The notes below the pieces were generated by a model. It ran no database searches. It was not told the origin of the DNA and saw nothing but the letters and a program-made list of their open reading frames with translations. A stretch of 63,964 bases of DNA, counting the filler, from Licmophora abbreviata (lineage: Eukaryota): the NCBI GenBank assembly GCA_900291995.1. It is 6 parts of 6 records of this genome, joined end to end, with 100 filler letters (N's around TTAATTAATTAA, not from the genome) between each part and the next. Parts side by side here need not be neighbours in the genome. Positions count along the whole stretch, not along the records: positions 1 to 25,398 come from OLMU01003920.1; 5 more parts are not named here. One strand, written 5' to 3'. Numbering within the stretch: position 1 is the first letter of the stretch; each line of letters opens with the position of its first letter. Below, piece after piece: positions 1-13,239 of the stretch. The position numbers were made by a program, and so were the translations under genes.

Positions 1-25
1 CTGTGGTCTCGGTTGCGTTGTGAAA

Positions 26-1014
26 ATGCCGTCGTCGCCGCGTCCTGCGTCGCCCATCATGGGCCTCTGGCTTATCATTGTCCTTTTCTGTGTCCATACA
101 TCGTCTTCCTTTTCAGGTGAGTCGCATGATTCATCGTAGCGAGCGCAAGAGGCGGGCAGCATGGTGGCCACCTCATGCTGACGACGAAAGGAAGAGACGA
201 TCCACGCCGAGAACCCTTTGTGACGTCGATTGCGAACTGCAATGAGATGTGAAACTAGTCTCACATATTGTGAAAGTATATAAACGCTGCGCCTCTCACA
301 GTCTTTTCTCGTGACCATCACCCCGTTACAGCGATATCTACCAATCGATTTGAAAAACTGCGCACTCATTTGCCCAAAGATCTGAATATCGTCGGAATCG
401 GCGGCTGGCATAGGCTCGAAACCTTGAGCAATCAACCTGAATCACCCAAGGATCTCTTGGTCAAGTGGATTTTTGATGGAAAAGATGCGAAAGAAAAGGA
501 CAATGGTACTCTTCTTGGACTCGTTTCGTTGCTCCAGGCAGAAGGCAAGGGATTCAGTAGCGACTTGATTGACGGAGAATGGAGGACTGTCTTGAGCATG
601 AGTGCAAAAAAGTCTCCCAAAGTCCAGCGCATCTTTGATTCCAACTCTGCCAGTTTTGCCAACTTTCACGTGAAGGACAGCAAATTCGAAGGAGACGTAC
701 GATTGCTTAAATTTGGCCACCTCAAGTCCTTTGTCAATTATGCGCCACTCTCGGATAACTACGACATTGCCCCGGATGGGAGCGTCGTGCTGCGACGCAT
801 ATCGTGCGACATTACGGGTGCGTCGTGGAAGTTTGGAAAGCTACCGACCCTTCCGATTCCACTGAAGAAAAAGGGAGGCTTTTTGGATTTCTTGTACTTG
901 GACAGGGACCTGCGTATCACGCAGGGTAATCGAGGTGGCTTGTTTGTGCATGTGCGTCCAGCGTTTTGGGAGCAGCAGAAAGAGCTGCAAGTGGAGGAAG
1001 TAGATACGAGATAG
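26..1014 (+). CDS. Plastid lipid-associated protein (PAP)/fibrillin-family protein, plastid-targeted; exons 26-116 and 332-1014
   Basis: ATG at 26 gives a signal peptide ending ...HTSSS-F. The GT-AG intron 117-331 joins in frame to ORF 370..1014. The C-terminal 'GFLDFLYLDRDLRITQGNRGGLFV' is the fibrillin signature. Confidence 0.8.
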
Positions 1015-1381
1015 TGAAATGTATCAGCTATTAAGTCATATTCCCAGCTATTTACGTTAAGCTGGATAGACAGTATTATATGTAGGAGAAGAAGAAGAAG
1101 TCGCATCATCCGCATAGAGCTCAGTCCGGCCACGAGATCGACGAGCTCTATACATTATGCACTCTGAAACCGCTTCTTCGGAGTTTCGGACAATATTTTT
1201 CTCCCCGCCAAAAAAGTCCGAACGCGGCCATCGCACCATGATGACGCGCACGAACTCTTCGCATTCATTCCGTCAGCGCATCAGCCTGCAATGTAAGAGA
1301 ATACCTTGTCGCTGTGCTTGCTCCAGAACATTGCCTCCAATACTTGCCCTGTGTCAATCAGTCACACCGAAGTCAATCATC

Positions 1382-1939
1382 ATGCGCACCTCTCCTCTTC
1401 TCGCGTCTCTCTTGGTCTCATCCATCACTACGACCATTGTCCATGCCTTGGCACCTCGACCGCTCTTGATTCACACGTGGGGCATTTCCCGTGTCGTACC
1501 TCGAGTCGCGCCCCATACTTACCCCTTTGTCACCACGACAACGACGGCTCTGTTTAGTAGCAGTCCCTTTCAGACCATCCACAAGCCTCAAATGGAAGAA
1601 ATCATTCAAGATCTCGAGGAGATGACGAGTGATGGATCGCGTAGTTGTGATTATGTCGTGCTGGATGTTCGCAATCCAGAAGAAATCCGCGAGACGGGAC
1701 CCCTGAGCGCGAGTGTCCAGAACTTGCCCCTCTCTCGTATTGTAGAGGACAATGTGTTTGAATTGGATGACGCGGATTTTGAGGAAGCCTGTGGTTTCCC
1801 AAAACCCGCTGCAAGTGACACGCTCGTGTTTTCTTGCAAGGCGGGCAAGAGAGCCGAAATGGCAGCAACACAAGCGAGTCAAGAAGGATACGAGAACCTT
1901 GTCGTGTACAGTGGAAGTGCGAATGAGTGGTTTTCGTGA
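1382..1939 (+). CDS. Single-domain rhodanese/sulfurtransferase with N-terminal targeting peptide
   Basis: Motifs VVLDVRNPEE, LVFSCKAGKRA (active-site Cys loop) and YSGSANEW. ATG at 1382 begins a hydrophobic signal peptide. Confidence 0.85.
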   Translation: MRTSPLLASLLVSSITTTIVHALAPRPLLIHTWGISRVVPRVAPHTYPFVTTTTTALFSSSPFQTIHKPQMEEIIQDLEEMTSDGSRSCDYVVLDVRNPEEIRETGPLSASVQNLPLSRIVEDNVFELDDADFEEACGFPKPAASDTLVFSCKAGKRAEMAATQASQEGYENLVVYSGSANEWFS

Positions 1940-2183
1940 GACAAGAGTTTTCCGCTTCTTGCTCGAGCAACTATTATGAAGGATGGCCTTGCGCAACACA
2001 AAATAAAACAAACGCTGCGATACAGGAGCGGCTGCACTTTTTCGAATCTTGCCGTAGAATATGAGTGGCGTTCTTTATAAGGGCTACTACACTTGCATTC
2101 CTATCATCGCGCGACCGGTCTATAGGCTCGCTTTCTTATTATCCGTCAGGCATACACATAGTTCGTATGTTTTGTGGTTCTTC

Positions 2184-2815
2184 TTACTTCTTCACCTCAT
2201 CTTCATCCAGGTCCACTCCAACTTCGTCGTTTTCCGGATCCGGATTCATTTCAATGGGCACATTCGGATTGAGCTTTTCCCACCAACGCTCCCTCAAGTA
2301 CATGTCCAAAACTTCCATTTCATCGTCCGCCTGTTCCACCAGTTCTTCCACTTGTCCGCAGTTGCACAGCTCCTCTACCATGTCTGGATCGTCGGGATGC
2401 TGCCTGCAGGCATTGATTCGAAACCGAGCGATCTTTTCAATGTCCATGCGGTACTGAGCGTCTTCGGGCATGTCGCTGGCAGCCATCTTGTCCAACAAGG
2501 CCTGGTACTTGACAATCATTTTGGGAATGGCATCGTGATCCACCTCCAAACCGACCTGTGCGAATGGAACAATAAGAAGGAAACAACAAAGTGAGTCAAG
2601 CTTCAAGACGACAGACACTCCAAACATGACAAGACCCTGCAGCGCCGCAGCGACATACGTACAATTCCAGTGGACGTTTTGCCTTTTCCAATGCCCGGAA
2701 CGAGCGCCTCCGACGAAAATAAGACACGGGATACACTGCCGGCAAACGTTGGTGGTGTGCTTTGACGGATCGCAACACGCGATACGAAACGACCGGCTAC
2801 GGATGCCATCATCAT
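2184..2815 (-). CDS. NDUFA5: NADH:ubiquinone oxidoreductase subunit A5 (B13); intron 2556-2662
   Basis: Spliced product reads 'KTSTGI|VGLEVD...MPEDAQYR...[14 protein letters not shown]...RWWE', the B13 pattern. Mitochondrial-type presequence; GTACGT donor and CAG acceptor. Confidence 0.85.
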
Positions 2816-3083
2816 GGTGCTGATCGTTGATGATACTGTGAGTGTTTTGTGTGTGTGTGATCTGCGTGGTTCACAGCCACGCTCGAACAGAAAACGCACA
2901 CGAGACAACACACATTGAACAAGACGACAAACGGACACAGACAAAAAAGACCCGGATCAGCCCTTTTCAATTTGTTTGTTCTTTGTCTCGCAGGACAATC
3001 AAAACAAATCACCATGTTGGGGGAGGCAATACGGTTCATTCGGCGCCGCGGATTGATTCTCTGCACGACCCGTGTCCTCCAAG

Positions 3084-6000
3084 ATGGGAGTGACTACTGG
3101 AACAAGGATGGAAATTGTAGTTGATGGAGTGAGACTTTCAATAGAATCATCCGTGGTGCATCCAGAAGACCATGGTCCTGATGAGGACATTTTGAGGGAT
3201 GATGTTGACGAACAGCCGCCGAAGACAACATCATTGCTCCTCCGTTCCTCCAGTGATGACACTGGGAAACAGCAGCACTATATCGATTTTTCAAACTTCA
3301 CGGGGAGGCTACATGTGGTATCATCCGAGGTAGCAGAACCATCAGCAAAGAACCGAATTAGTTTGGAAAACAATCACCAGATGCTACCGCCATCAGAAGG
3401 CCCATCTTCCCATAACGACGACGACGATGAGGAACATCACGAACGCAATCACTTGACTTCTAAATCGAGACCCTTTCGACACTCTACAGTCATAGAAGGC
3501 AGTGATGATGCCGATGATCGCTCACTCGAGTCCTTTGACGCCGAACGCGATACACTGGAGCTTCACAATCCCGTCTCACCCCTGCACATGCTCTGCGCCT
3601 CACCGACCGCCACACTTCCAACACTCATAGAAGCTCGTGATGCCCAGCCCTCCTCTGTGTTAGAACCCGACAAGGAAGGGCAATTTCCTTTGCATGTACT
3701 ATCACAAAATACACGACTCTTGGCAAGACCGGAGGGCCGTCGTGATGCGACCGAATTTTGTATTCTATTGGTCGATCAGTATCTGGACGCCATGACCTTC
3801 AAGGATGCAGCCGGACACTTTCCGTTCCAACGCATAATTGAAGAGTGGGTGGATGGGACCTATCGCAATGCAGTCAAAGTGCAGCCGTCCTCGCGGGGAG
3901 GGAAATCGTCGGCCTTGCGGCATGCATGGTCAGGTCTGACTGCTAGCTGGCACGGGGATGCAGCAGGTAGTGGGAGCAACAACAAAACTGACGATGAAAT
4001 CAACGTCACAGAGCATGCAGAAGAGCATGAATCCTCCAGCAGAGGCTTGTTCTGGAGTCGTTCTGCAAGCTTTCTGTCGCGACGGAACAGTAGCCACCTT
4101 GTGGAGGAGGACGAGGCGGATACGTCCATTGGAGGACCGCATGCGTACAAGCTCTTTCCATATGCAGTACTTCCATCGCATGTTGAGTGGGCGTTTACGA
4201 TGCTGTCGACAATACTAATTCGTATCAACGCGGCGTATGCGAACATGCAGCTCAAGCGAGACGAAGTTCTCTTTGTATGGGTTTCCTTGACCAAAGCACT
4301 GGCGTCCATCCCGTACTTGTTGAAGACAATACTGTTGATTGAACAGGACGAAACAAGGCGACGATTGTTGCGAGAGTGTATCGTCCAGCGTGTCTTGTTA
4401 TCGTCACGGGCATGTGGGAGGTGGTTATGTCCCATGCTGCATCGTCGTGGGGTTTCTTCCCATCGCGCGGTTGACTATTTTGTCGAAGTGTCCAAAGTGA
4501 CTGTGACATCCTATGTGGGCCCGAAACGGACCCCGCGATCACAAGATTTCAAGGACTTTGAAACGGACCGTGCGGGTGTATTTGCAATGCTGGGCAGTAT
4601 TTCCCGGGTCATCCCGTCGCTTGCCGTCTTGGATCAGAAGGAAACAGAGCGAGCAGGAGCGACCGATGCGGTTTGGGATATTGTCAGTAGAAGCATATCG
4701 CGCCCCATCGTCGTCGGGATTCTTGCTCTTGATCTGTTGTTTCACATGGTCCTACTTTTTGTCTTTCGGTTCGACATCAGCCACCCCACGTTTGATTTAT
4801 TGGAGCAATTCGATGAGCCGTGGCAAAAGCGAGTTTCAGACGCGGCCGTTGTTTCGATTTGTATATACTTTCTGCTTCGCAAGACCAGCGAGGTTTTTGC
4901 GCTTCTGCGTATATCGAAGAGAGCATTTCGAGCCTACAGCTTGGACTTTTGGAACATGATTGATGTGTCTGCGATCATCCTGCCTCTTGTGTCCTGCACG
5001 CTGCATGACAACTATCCTGGTGTGTTCGCGTTCACCATGGCAACTTTATGGCTGAGACTTCTGGGACTATTGAAAGCTATCAATATGGAGTTGGCCACTT
5101 TCATACTTGCCATCATCGAGGTAGGAAGAGTTGTCTCCCAAAACGGCATGCAAAGCACTGAATTCATCGTGTTTTCCTGACAAATGCACCTCCGTTTTTT
5201 TCTCTTTAGATCTTCAAAGATATCCGATGGTTCCTGGTCGTTCTTACGATCTTTATTTTAATGTTTGGCGATATGATCCACATAGTTACGCTCCGATCAG
5301 ACTCAGACTACTGCTCGGACAAAACGGCACCGGCCGAGTTTTGCTCTGAAACAACCATCTCGCTGGCCTATCTCAAGCTCTACTCTGTTATTGTTGGGGA
5401 TGTAGGGTTGGAGGACTTCTCCTACAGCCCGGCAGTGGCGTTTCTATTCTGCATCTTCATGTTGCTTGGCTTCATTGTACTGCTAAACGTACTGATCGCC
5501 ATCGTGAGTGATTCGTACGAGAAATCCGTGATTCGCGCCAAATTCTTGTTTGGACGGTACGTATGATATGGTGGAAAGAATCGTGTTGCTGCGTCGATTT
5601 GGAGGAGGACAGTGGCATGAAACTCACGGTTATCACGTGTGCCATTTTGTTCGTAGAGCGCGAGTCGGCTTTGCAGTTACGCACGTGGCTCAAGAGCAAT
5701 TCCTTCAAGGCACAGCCATGCCCCCCTTTGAAGGCGTCCTTCATTCCCTTTGCGACCACGAATTTTCTCTTTGGGTGGTTGAATGGATTGGTCGATGGAC
5801 CATGTTGGCTTGTATGGTATGGACGTTTGCGATTTCAGAAATGTACCTGATCATGCTCGGACTGGAACCACCCGACAAGGGCTCACCGGGTCTAAAAGTT
5901 GTCTCCATGATTCTGATTGTCCTCTTGTCCATACTACTCTTCGTCGCCATGACGCTGGTGCTGCAGAACCTATTTCACGAATCTCTGGATCGCATGGCTC

Positions 6001-6310
6001 GGTGCCTCCACCTGACCGCCTTGAACGATTCCATCAATTCCATCCTCCATTACGTCTTGCAATTCATCACGGAACAGTTGTTGGGCATCCATCACGCGAC
6101 GGGCCTTGCCGAGAAGCGGGATGGCATGGCAAGTTTGAGTTTTTGGAGAATACCATGCACCGGCTGCTCGCTTCGACGGAGCAAAAGTTGAGCAGTGACA
6201 TGCTGGCGTCGGAGCAACGAATCAAGACGCATGGTAGTCAGGTAGGAGAAGATGTGAAGACTCACACGGAGCAAGCCTTCGTCAGCAGCGCAAAAGCGCA
6301 GGAATCATAA
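3084..6310 (+). CDS. TRP-like cation channel with degenerate ankyrin-like N-terminus; introns 5121-5209 and 5557-5656; apparent -1 frameshift near 6120
   Basis: Motifs DFWNMID, LWLRLLGLLK and pore/S6 'IVLLNVLIAIVSDSY'; ankyrin-like 'SPLHMLC' and 'FPLHVL'. Splice sites keep frame. Confidence 0.75.
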
Positions 6311-6382
6311 TGGTGGTGGTGGTGGATGACTTTGTGACCTTAGTAAGACTGAATGTACCTGCTAATCCTTTTTTTAAAATAG

Positions 6383-6958
6383 CTAAGTGAACCATTCATT
6401 GGCCCCACCCATATAATTCACCAATTTGGTGTATCCACCCTGCGCCGCCGCCAATTGAGCAGCATGTTGACTTCGAATCCCCGCCGCACACGAAAAGACA
6501 AGCGTCTCATCGAGACCGGGCTTTGGAAACTTGCACAGTTCTTCAAAGTCTTCATCGTCCATTTCAAAGACCTTGTACTGAATAATGGCAGGCAGGGGAA
6601 GGGTATGGACATCGGGCGAGAGCTTGCCCGTCATTTGAATCTCGTCTTGGCCCCGGACATCCATCACGACGTAGCCACTCTCGGGACCCTCCTGTTCTAC
6701 ACTCTCAAGAATATCTTCCATTTGATCCTTCCCAATGTGAGTCAGGGGCGATGACGGCCCACTAGCACTCGACATGTACATGGGAGGAGACGAAAGGAAC
6801 GAAGAACGAGGAACGGATGCTCGGCCTCTTGCAAATAATGGTAGGCCAAACGATGCCACTAGCTGCTGTTGAGAAAACGCAAAACAAGAAAACGGACGAG
6901 CCAAAGTCGTTGAGGTCAAGGCCAAGACTCGCGATACTAGCAGTGCTGTTGCTTTCAT
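6383..6958 (-). CDS. Single-domain rhodanese/sulfurtransferase, paralog of 1382..1939
   Basis: Motifs YVVMDVRGQDE, LVFSCAAGIRS and YMGGANEWF. Presequence MKATALLVSRVLAL...CFA-F. Confidence 0.85.
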   Translation of the reverse strand: MKATALLVSRVLALTSTTLARPFSCFAFSQQQLVASFGLPLFARGRASVPRSSFLSSPPMYMSSASGPSSPLTHIGKDQMEDILESVEQEGPESGYVVMDVRGQDEIQMTGKLSPDVHTLPLPAIIQYKVFEMDDEDFEELCKFPKPGLDETLVFSCAAGIRSQHAAQLAAAQGGYTKLVNYMGGANEWFT

Positions 6959-7304
6959 CGAGGTGGCTCTGCTAGGGGTACTGTTCGCGGGTAGAAGATG
7001 GCGTTGCAACAAAGCCGCTGTCATCATCATGGTCGCACCGACGAAATCGAACGTGTGATTCTTGGTTTGGATCTCGGACAATACGACTACTTTGACTCGA
7101 AATGACCGATCGTTCATCGCGCGATGGGAGAAGACCGCGCGCGGCTCGTCAACCTGAACTCTGAAATCTATCAAGATGCCATCACACTGCACACACCATG
7201 GTGAAAAAATAGTGTCAAGCATCAGTGATCGTATCGTCCCATCCTCTTCATCTCCGTCCTTCCTCGCCTTCCTGGTTATGTTTGCATATACGTACATTTC
7301 TAAA

Positions 7305-10002
7305 ATGAGCCAAGAAAGAGCCAACAGAAGGAATATTTCGAATCTTAGAAGAAGAAGAAGATGTCTGATTCTGTTTTGTCTTCTGCTGCAACTACCATCA
7401 AGCGTCGGTTGGCGTTTCCGTCTGCCGCGACTGCGCGGTCAGGGATCGACGACGAGATCATGTCCCAGTGAACTACAACGGCGATGTTTGCGAGATTGAT
7501 CCGTTTGTTGATATTGTTCCAGCAACAATGGAGGGTCCAACGAAAGGCAGTAGTAGTAAAGTACTATGGCCGTCGTCTCATGGCGACGACAACTACGAGG
7601 ACGCTGTGTTGGCCTTCTTCAAGCGTCTTTCGTCCAGTATGAGAGTGCCAGATCCTGTAATTGAATTCTGGCATCGAGCAAAAGCAATTCTATTGTACAA
7701 GCCGCCTGTTGGAATTGCGGCAGTCTTTGTTGCCTTTCGACTCGTCTACACGGGACGAATCTTTTCATTGCATCGACGAAATCGTTACAATGCAAAACGA
7801 CTGTCGGCTGAAGGAATGCTGCAGCAGGCGGAATCATCGACACTGGACAAACGAAGAGTGAGACCGTCCCGCGCCTTGTGTTTGGATAAGGATGACTTTT
7901 CCTATGATTCGTATGGAGGTGTGCAACGGATTCGACGAAAATTGTGCTGGGCGGTGTTGCATGGTATACTGCAAGATGATCATCATGATGAGGAGGACAC
8001 GAGGCATGACGGCGAATCCCAGCAACGACGTAAAAGTCGTGTTGGTACTAGCAGCAGTATTGACACTACGAACGCGATCCCTCTTGCCCTGGAGGCACTT
8101 CATGCTACTCATAGACCTGGGTCGCCACGTGCAAACTTTGTAGAAGAAGTGGCTCTGCCCTTGTCACAACTGGAGGCTCATCTGACGAGCACAATCAAAA
8201 TTCCACCAGCAGCGACAACTGATCCGAGTTTAAGCGACGCCGATGTGGTGGTCCAGATGAGTGCCAAGGTTGCCGAGATCCGTGCGCTGGATGCTCTGCT
8301 CCGGCTGACCCGTGATCGCCTCTTGGTTACATCCTCCCGTCTGGCACGGACCGTACAACATTGGCGACGCCGTGTTCTTGTGCAGCGGGCACTTGCAGTA
8401 TGGTTTCTGCAGCTCTTTGGTAAAACGTCAGAAGGACACCAGCTCGTCCTGTCGGTGGTGCAGGCGGCGTATGATGCTGAGATCTCTCGACTGGGGGCTG
8501 TACAGAAAGTATTGATGGACCGACCTGAGGAAATGAGCGACGGGGATCTTTTGCGAATTCTTTCGGCCGGTGATGATTCAGGCAAGAAAGCGCCGTTGCC
8601 GTCTCGGGTCCAGAGAAGTACAGACTTCAAGAGGAAGAGAAAAGGAATAAAGTTCTCCTTGCCGGAGCTATCAAAGTATGCCATTCGGTGGAATGCTGAA
8701 GGCCGAGGTCGACTGTCCCTACGAGTCTTTGATGATTATCAAACGCTAAGCAGTGACGCCGCATGGGAGTCGCTGTTCCAGAATAACGGGGATCCTCGTC
8801 AATGGATCGAAGGTGCACATATCTGGACTATGGAGGCAAGACGTGTACTATGTAATGTGCTCAGAGAGACACTCGATACATGTACCGAAGACACCTCTTC
8901 GTCGAGAGGAGATATGGCCATGGTGGAGGACTGGTGTCTTTGCAGTTACGAGGGGCTGAACGGCTTGGACTTGGAAAAGCGTTGGGCAGCCGTGTTGGGT
9001 CTTGTGGAATCTCTCGACATGCATCGACGAATGGGTGAAGGTCGAACGATTCGCATGGACACTGGTCTAGGTTTCTGGGCAGGTCGAATCGACTTGTGTG
9101 GCATTCCATCCTCGCTTGCCAGTGTAGGACTGGCCCTGCTCGTGCACAATCGTCTCCTTCCACATTGGCCTGACTTCAAACTTGCGGCCCTGGAGCTCAT
9201 CAGCATTACTTGGACGATTATCGAAAAACGATTCTGGAAACCATTTTACGGTATCTTCCAAGGCCTGATTTCGAAAAAAAGCAGCGGTTTGCTCGATGCG
9301 TTCGATGTGGGAAACGAGGAGACCAGTCTCGACAATATGCTGCGAGATCTGGGACTCGGTGACGGAACATCAGAGACGAGACGAGCGGGTATGCAGGGTG
9401 CAGCACGTGCATATGAGAACGATATGGATAACGGTGTTTTACGAAGCGCGCTACGAGGCAATTTGATACGTCTTCTTCTTGTCCAAGTACAACAACTCAA
9501 GGCTGGTCTTCTCCATGCCTTGGCCAGCATTGATGTGTTGGTTGACGCGAACAAGCTGAACCTTCAGATACTGACGGCGATTCCATCTGTCTTGATAATA
9601 ATATTCGGAAGTCGGCTGTTCATTCGGTCGCTCGTTACAGTCCGGACTAAGGATCTACGATCTCTGGAAGATGTCCATGGCGAGATGGCCCAATTCTTGG
9701 ACGAAATGGAGAAGTCTCTCATCATGTCGAATTCGCCCTTATCGCCTCTTGCGGCGAATGATACTGACGCTTCCGTTTCAGTGCTACAGCCCAAGCAACT
9801 CGGCCAATATGTCTTGCACATACACTTATACTTGGTCTTGCTAGATTATTGTTCCCCGCCGGTTCCTTTTCGTACCTGCGAGTCGATTCAAAAATCCATG
9901 CAAGACCTCTTGAGCATGCAAGGATCGTCAGCAATGGATGCCCAGGTCGCATTGGTTCACGTGCTGCGACAACAGCACAATGACTTGATCAAGTTCTTGT
10001 AG
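7305..10002 (+). CDS. NCA2/DGS1-like (nuclear control of ATPase) membrane protein; 5' end requires a +1 frameshift near 7466 (alternative start 7528)
   Basis: C-terminal 'YENDM...SALRGNLIRLLLVQVQQLK...IDVLVDANKLNLQILTAIP' matches the NCA2 family pattern. Confidence 0.7.
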
Positions 10003-10012
10003 CGACGTAAAG

Positions 10013-10756
10013 CTATAAATCAGGATCAACGCCAGTCTCTCTAGAATTCTCCCCGTTCGGCACATGAAAGGAAGCTGGAGCGAATTGAAATCGCGGTTTC
10101 GAAGGTACGCCTGGTTGCATGGCAGTAGCGTGTCCCTCTACCCCTTGGTCGTCATCGCTATCCTCTACCTCCAAGGAAGAAAATGGATTTTGCGAGACGA
10201 ACGAAAGACGGTTCATTCTTTCATTGTTTCGCTGTTGTGCTGCCAAGGCTTGAAGTTCATAGCTTCGACTTATATCTCCCCGCCGCGCACTGTGTCCTTC
10301 CACCGAAATAGCAGCGTCACCGACATCCTCCAACCCCGTTCTATCGACATGCTGCATCGTCTCTTCAACAAGCCGCGATGTAGGTTTTTCGCTGTCGTCC
10401 AATAGGAAGATTGCAGGCTGTATCGACACGGACGGCTGATGTCTATTGCTGCTTCTAGTACTAGTACCCTTTCGTGCAGTGCTGCTTCGTTCTTGCAGGC
10501 TGGCCATTTCCCGATCAAAATCGGCCTGTTCGGCGGTGGATGCGATTGTCGTTTTGATATCTGTTCGTCGTCTCTTGCGTTGTATTCTGTTGGGAAATGA
10601 CCTTGACATTGCCTTCTTGCTGCTGCCATCCGCGAGCAAGCTCAAGTTGCTGTTGTGGTCTCGCGCCACGACGCCAAAGAGGCTTTGCAAACGTTTCTTC
10701 TTCTTGTTGGCGGCGGCTTTCTTCTTATTTGCCGTCTTGGAGCGTTTCTTGGTCAT
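10013..10756 (-). CDS. Hypothetical protein with basic N-terminus (NLS-like)
   Basis: 247-aa ATG-initiated ORF filling the intergenic space; no family recognised. Confidence 0.6.
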   Translation of the reverse strand: MTKKRSKTANKKKAAANKKKKRLQSLFGVVARDHNSNLSLLADGSSKKAMSRSFPNRIQRKRRRTDIKTTIASTAEQADFDREMASLQERSSTARKGTSTRSSNRHQPSVSIQPAIFLLDDSEKPTSRLVEETMQHVDRTGLEDVGDAAISVEGHSARRGDISRSYELQALAAQQRNNERMNRLSFVSQNPFSSLEVEDSDDDQGVEGHATAMQPGVPSKPRFQFAPASFHVPNGENSRETGVDPDL

Positions 10757-11073
10757 CGTGGTGGTGCTGTGTACAAGAAGAGAGAGTCGGAAGATAGACT
10801 TGTGTGATTGACTTCGTCATGGTCTACACCTCTTTTTCTTGTCTTTGAAACAAAACTGAAAACGGGTGGCTGACGGAGCGCTCCAACTACGAGCTCCAAC
10901 GCTCTTCTAATAAAGTGCGCGACCAACTTTTGTCAGTATTGGTGGTTGTAGGTTATCATACCTATACAGATGAGTGACGTCGTCCAACCTCAATGAAAAC
11001 TTGGTCATTTTTTGCGCGAGACCCATGGTTACTTACACCTTGCCCGCCTCGCCACACCCTGCTGTCGACGACC

Positions 11074-13239
11074 ATGGATTCCGCAGCCACCAACGCGTTG
11101 GGTCAGCCCACGTTGAAACCCAAGACGCCCGTTCCCAGTGATATTCAAGTCAGTCAGGATATCGTCAAGGAAGTTGGTCTTTTGCCCATTGCCGATTTGG
11201 CCCGGCAGTAAGTTTTGGAAGAAAAAACAATCTTGAAAGATTCATTCCTTACAACCCTTCATCGCTCTTTCTCATATAAACCATCACTATTTTCAAATTT
11301 CTATCTCTCCAGAATTGGACTTGCAGAAGACGAAGTCATACCATGGGGCATCGCCAAGGCCAAGATTTCCTTGACGGCTCGCACACGCCGCGCCGAACAG
11401 CCCGACGGGAACTACGTGGTCGTGACGGGCATCAACCCCACGCCCCTCGGCGAGGGCAAGAGCACAACGACCATTGGCTTGTCCCAGGCCCTCGGTGCCA
11501 TTCTCGGTAAACCCACCTTTGCTTGTATCCGCCAACCATCACAGGGACCCACCTTTGGGATCAAGGGAGGAGCCGCCGGAGGCGGCTATGCGCAAGTAGT
11601 GCCCATGGAAGAGTTCAACTTGCATCTGACGGGAGACATTCATGCCGTCACTGCAGCCAACAATCTATTGGCTGCGGCCATTGATACTAGACTCTTTCAT
11701 GAAGCCTCGCAGACGGACGAAGCGCTCTTTAAGCGTCTCTGTCCGACGGACTGCTTTACGCCCGTCATGAAGCGGCGATTGGTGAAACTGGGAATCCCAG
11801 CGGAAACGAAACCGAGTGAATTGACGGACGAACAAAAGTCTCAGTTTGCACGACTGGACATTGACCCATCGACCATCACATGGCAGCGTGTCTTGGACAC
11901 GTGCGATCGTCACTTGAGGAATGTGGAAATTGGCAAAGGACCCAATGAGACTGTGAAAGATAGACAAAGGAACGATGGATCGCGCATGCAGCACTCGCGG
12001 GAAACTGGCTTTGATATTACCGTGGCGTCCGAAGTCATGGCGGTCCTGGCATTGGCCAAGGACTTGCCAGATCTGCGAGAAAAGCTGGGCAGTATGGTGA
12101 TTGGGTACTCGAGAAACAAGGTTCCAATTACGGCAGATGATTTGGGATGCGGTGGTGCCTTGACGGTCTTGATGAAGGACGCTTTGATGCCCACGCTCAT
12201 GCAGACGGCAGAACGCACACCTGTCCTGGTCCATGCTGGACCATTTGCCAATATTGCAACGGGGTAAGTAGGGAAAAGAATGTATTCTATATTGCAATGT
12301 GAAGGAGCGAGGACATTTCAGTCTCTTATTCCCATTCGTCGTTTCTTGTTGTGTAATAGAAACTCATCCGTCGTGGCGGATGAAATCGCTTTGAAATTGG
12401 TTGGAAAGGACGGGTTCGTGGTGACGGAGGCTGGCTTTGGAGCTGATATTGGCATGGAGAAGTTTTTCAACATAAAATGTCGCGCGAGCGGCCTCAAACC
12501 CAAATGTGCTGTGATTGTGGCTACCGTGCGAGCATTGAAGATGCACGGTGGCGGTCCGCCGGTCATGGCGGGCAAGCCTCTCAGCAGAGAGTACGTGGAG
12601 CCCAATGCGGAGCTTGTGACCAAGGGAGCCGCGAACTTGGCCAAGCATGTTCAGAATGCCAAGAAGTTTGGTGTGAATGTGGTGGTCGCCGTCAACAAAT
12701 TCAAGACTGATACAGAGGATGAAATTGAAGCTGTAAGAAGAGCAGCAATGGACGCCGGTGCCTTTGATGCGGTGCTGGCTAATCATTGGGCTGAAGGCGG
12801 GGCGGGAGCGGCTGACCTTGCGGCAGCCGTGGAGCGTGCCTGCCAGGCAAATGATGAGTCGAGCTTTCGGTTCCTGTATGACGTTGATCTCCCCATTAAG
12901 GAAAAGATTGAGTGCATTACCAAGGAGATCTATGGCGCGGATGGGGTCGACTACACGGATGTTGCAGAGAAGCAAATTGCTCAGTACGAGGAGTCGGGTT
13001 TTGGGAACCTGCCAATCTGCATTGCAAAGACTCAATATTCGTTCAGTTGCGACGCGTCTGCCAAAGGAGTGCCGACAGGCTTTCGCATCACAGTCCGTGA
13101 GATCCGAAGTTGTGCCGGGGCCGGCTTTCTTTACCCCATCGCTGGGGATATAATGACGATCCCTGGGCTTCCCACCAGACCAGGCTTCTATAATGTTGAC
13201 ATTGACACGGAAACTGGAGATGTGATTGGTCTTTACTAG
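11074..13239 (+). CDS. FTHFS: Formate--tetrahydrofolate ligase (monofunctional); introns 11208-11312 and 12264-12359
   Basis: Motifs [46 protein letters not shown] and [11 protein letters not shown]. Canonical GTAAGT donors restore frame. Confidence 0.97.

Noticed and set aside
1114..1151. Short inverted repeat TAGAGCTC...GAGCTCTA
   Set aside because: A single short stem in an intergenic region with no supporting context.
1937..1939. TGA stops of the rhodanese and other genes as further Sec codons
   Set aside because: They fall at the natural domain end (the paralog ends at the same position with TAG), and no conserved frame continues beyond.
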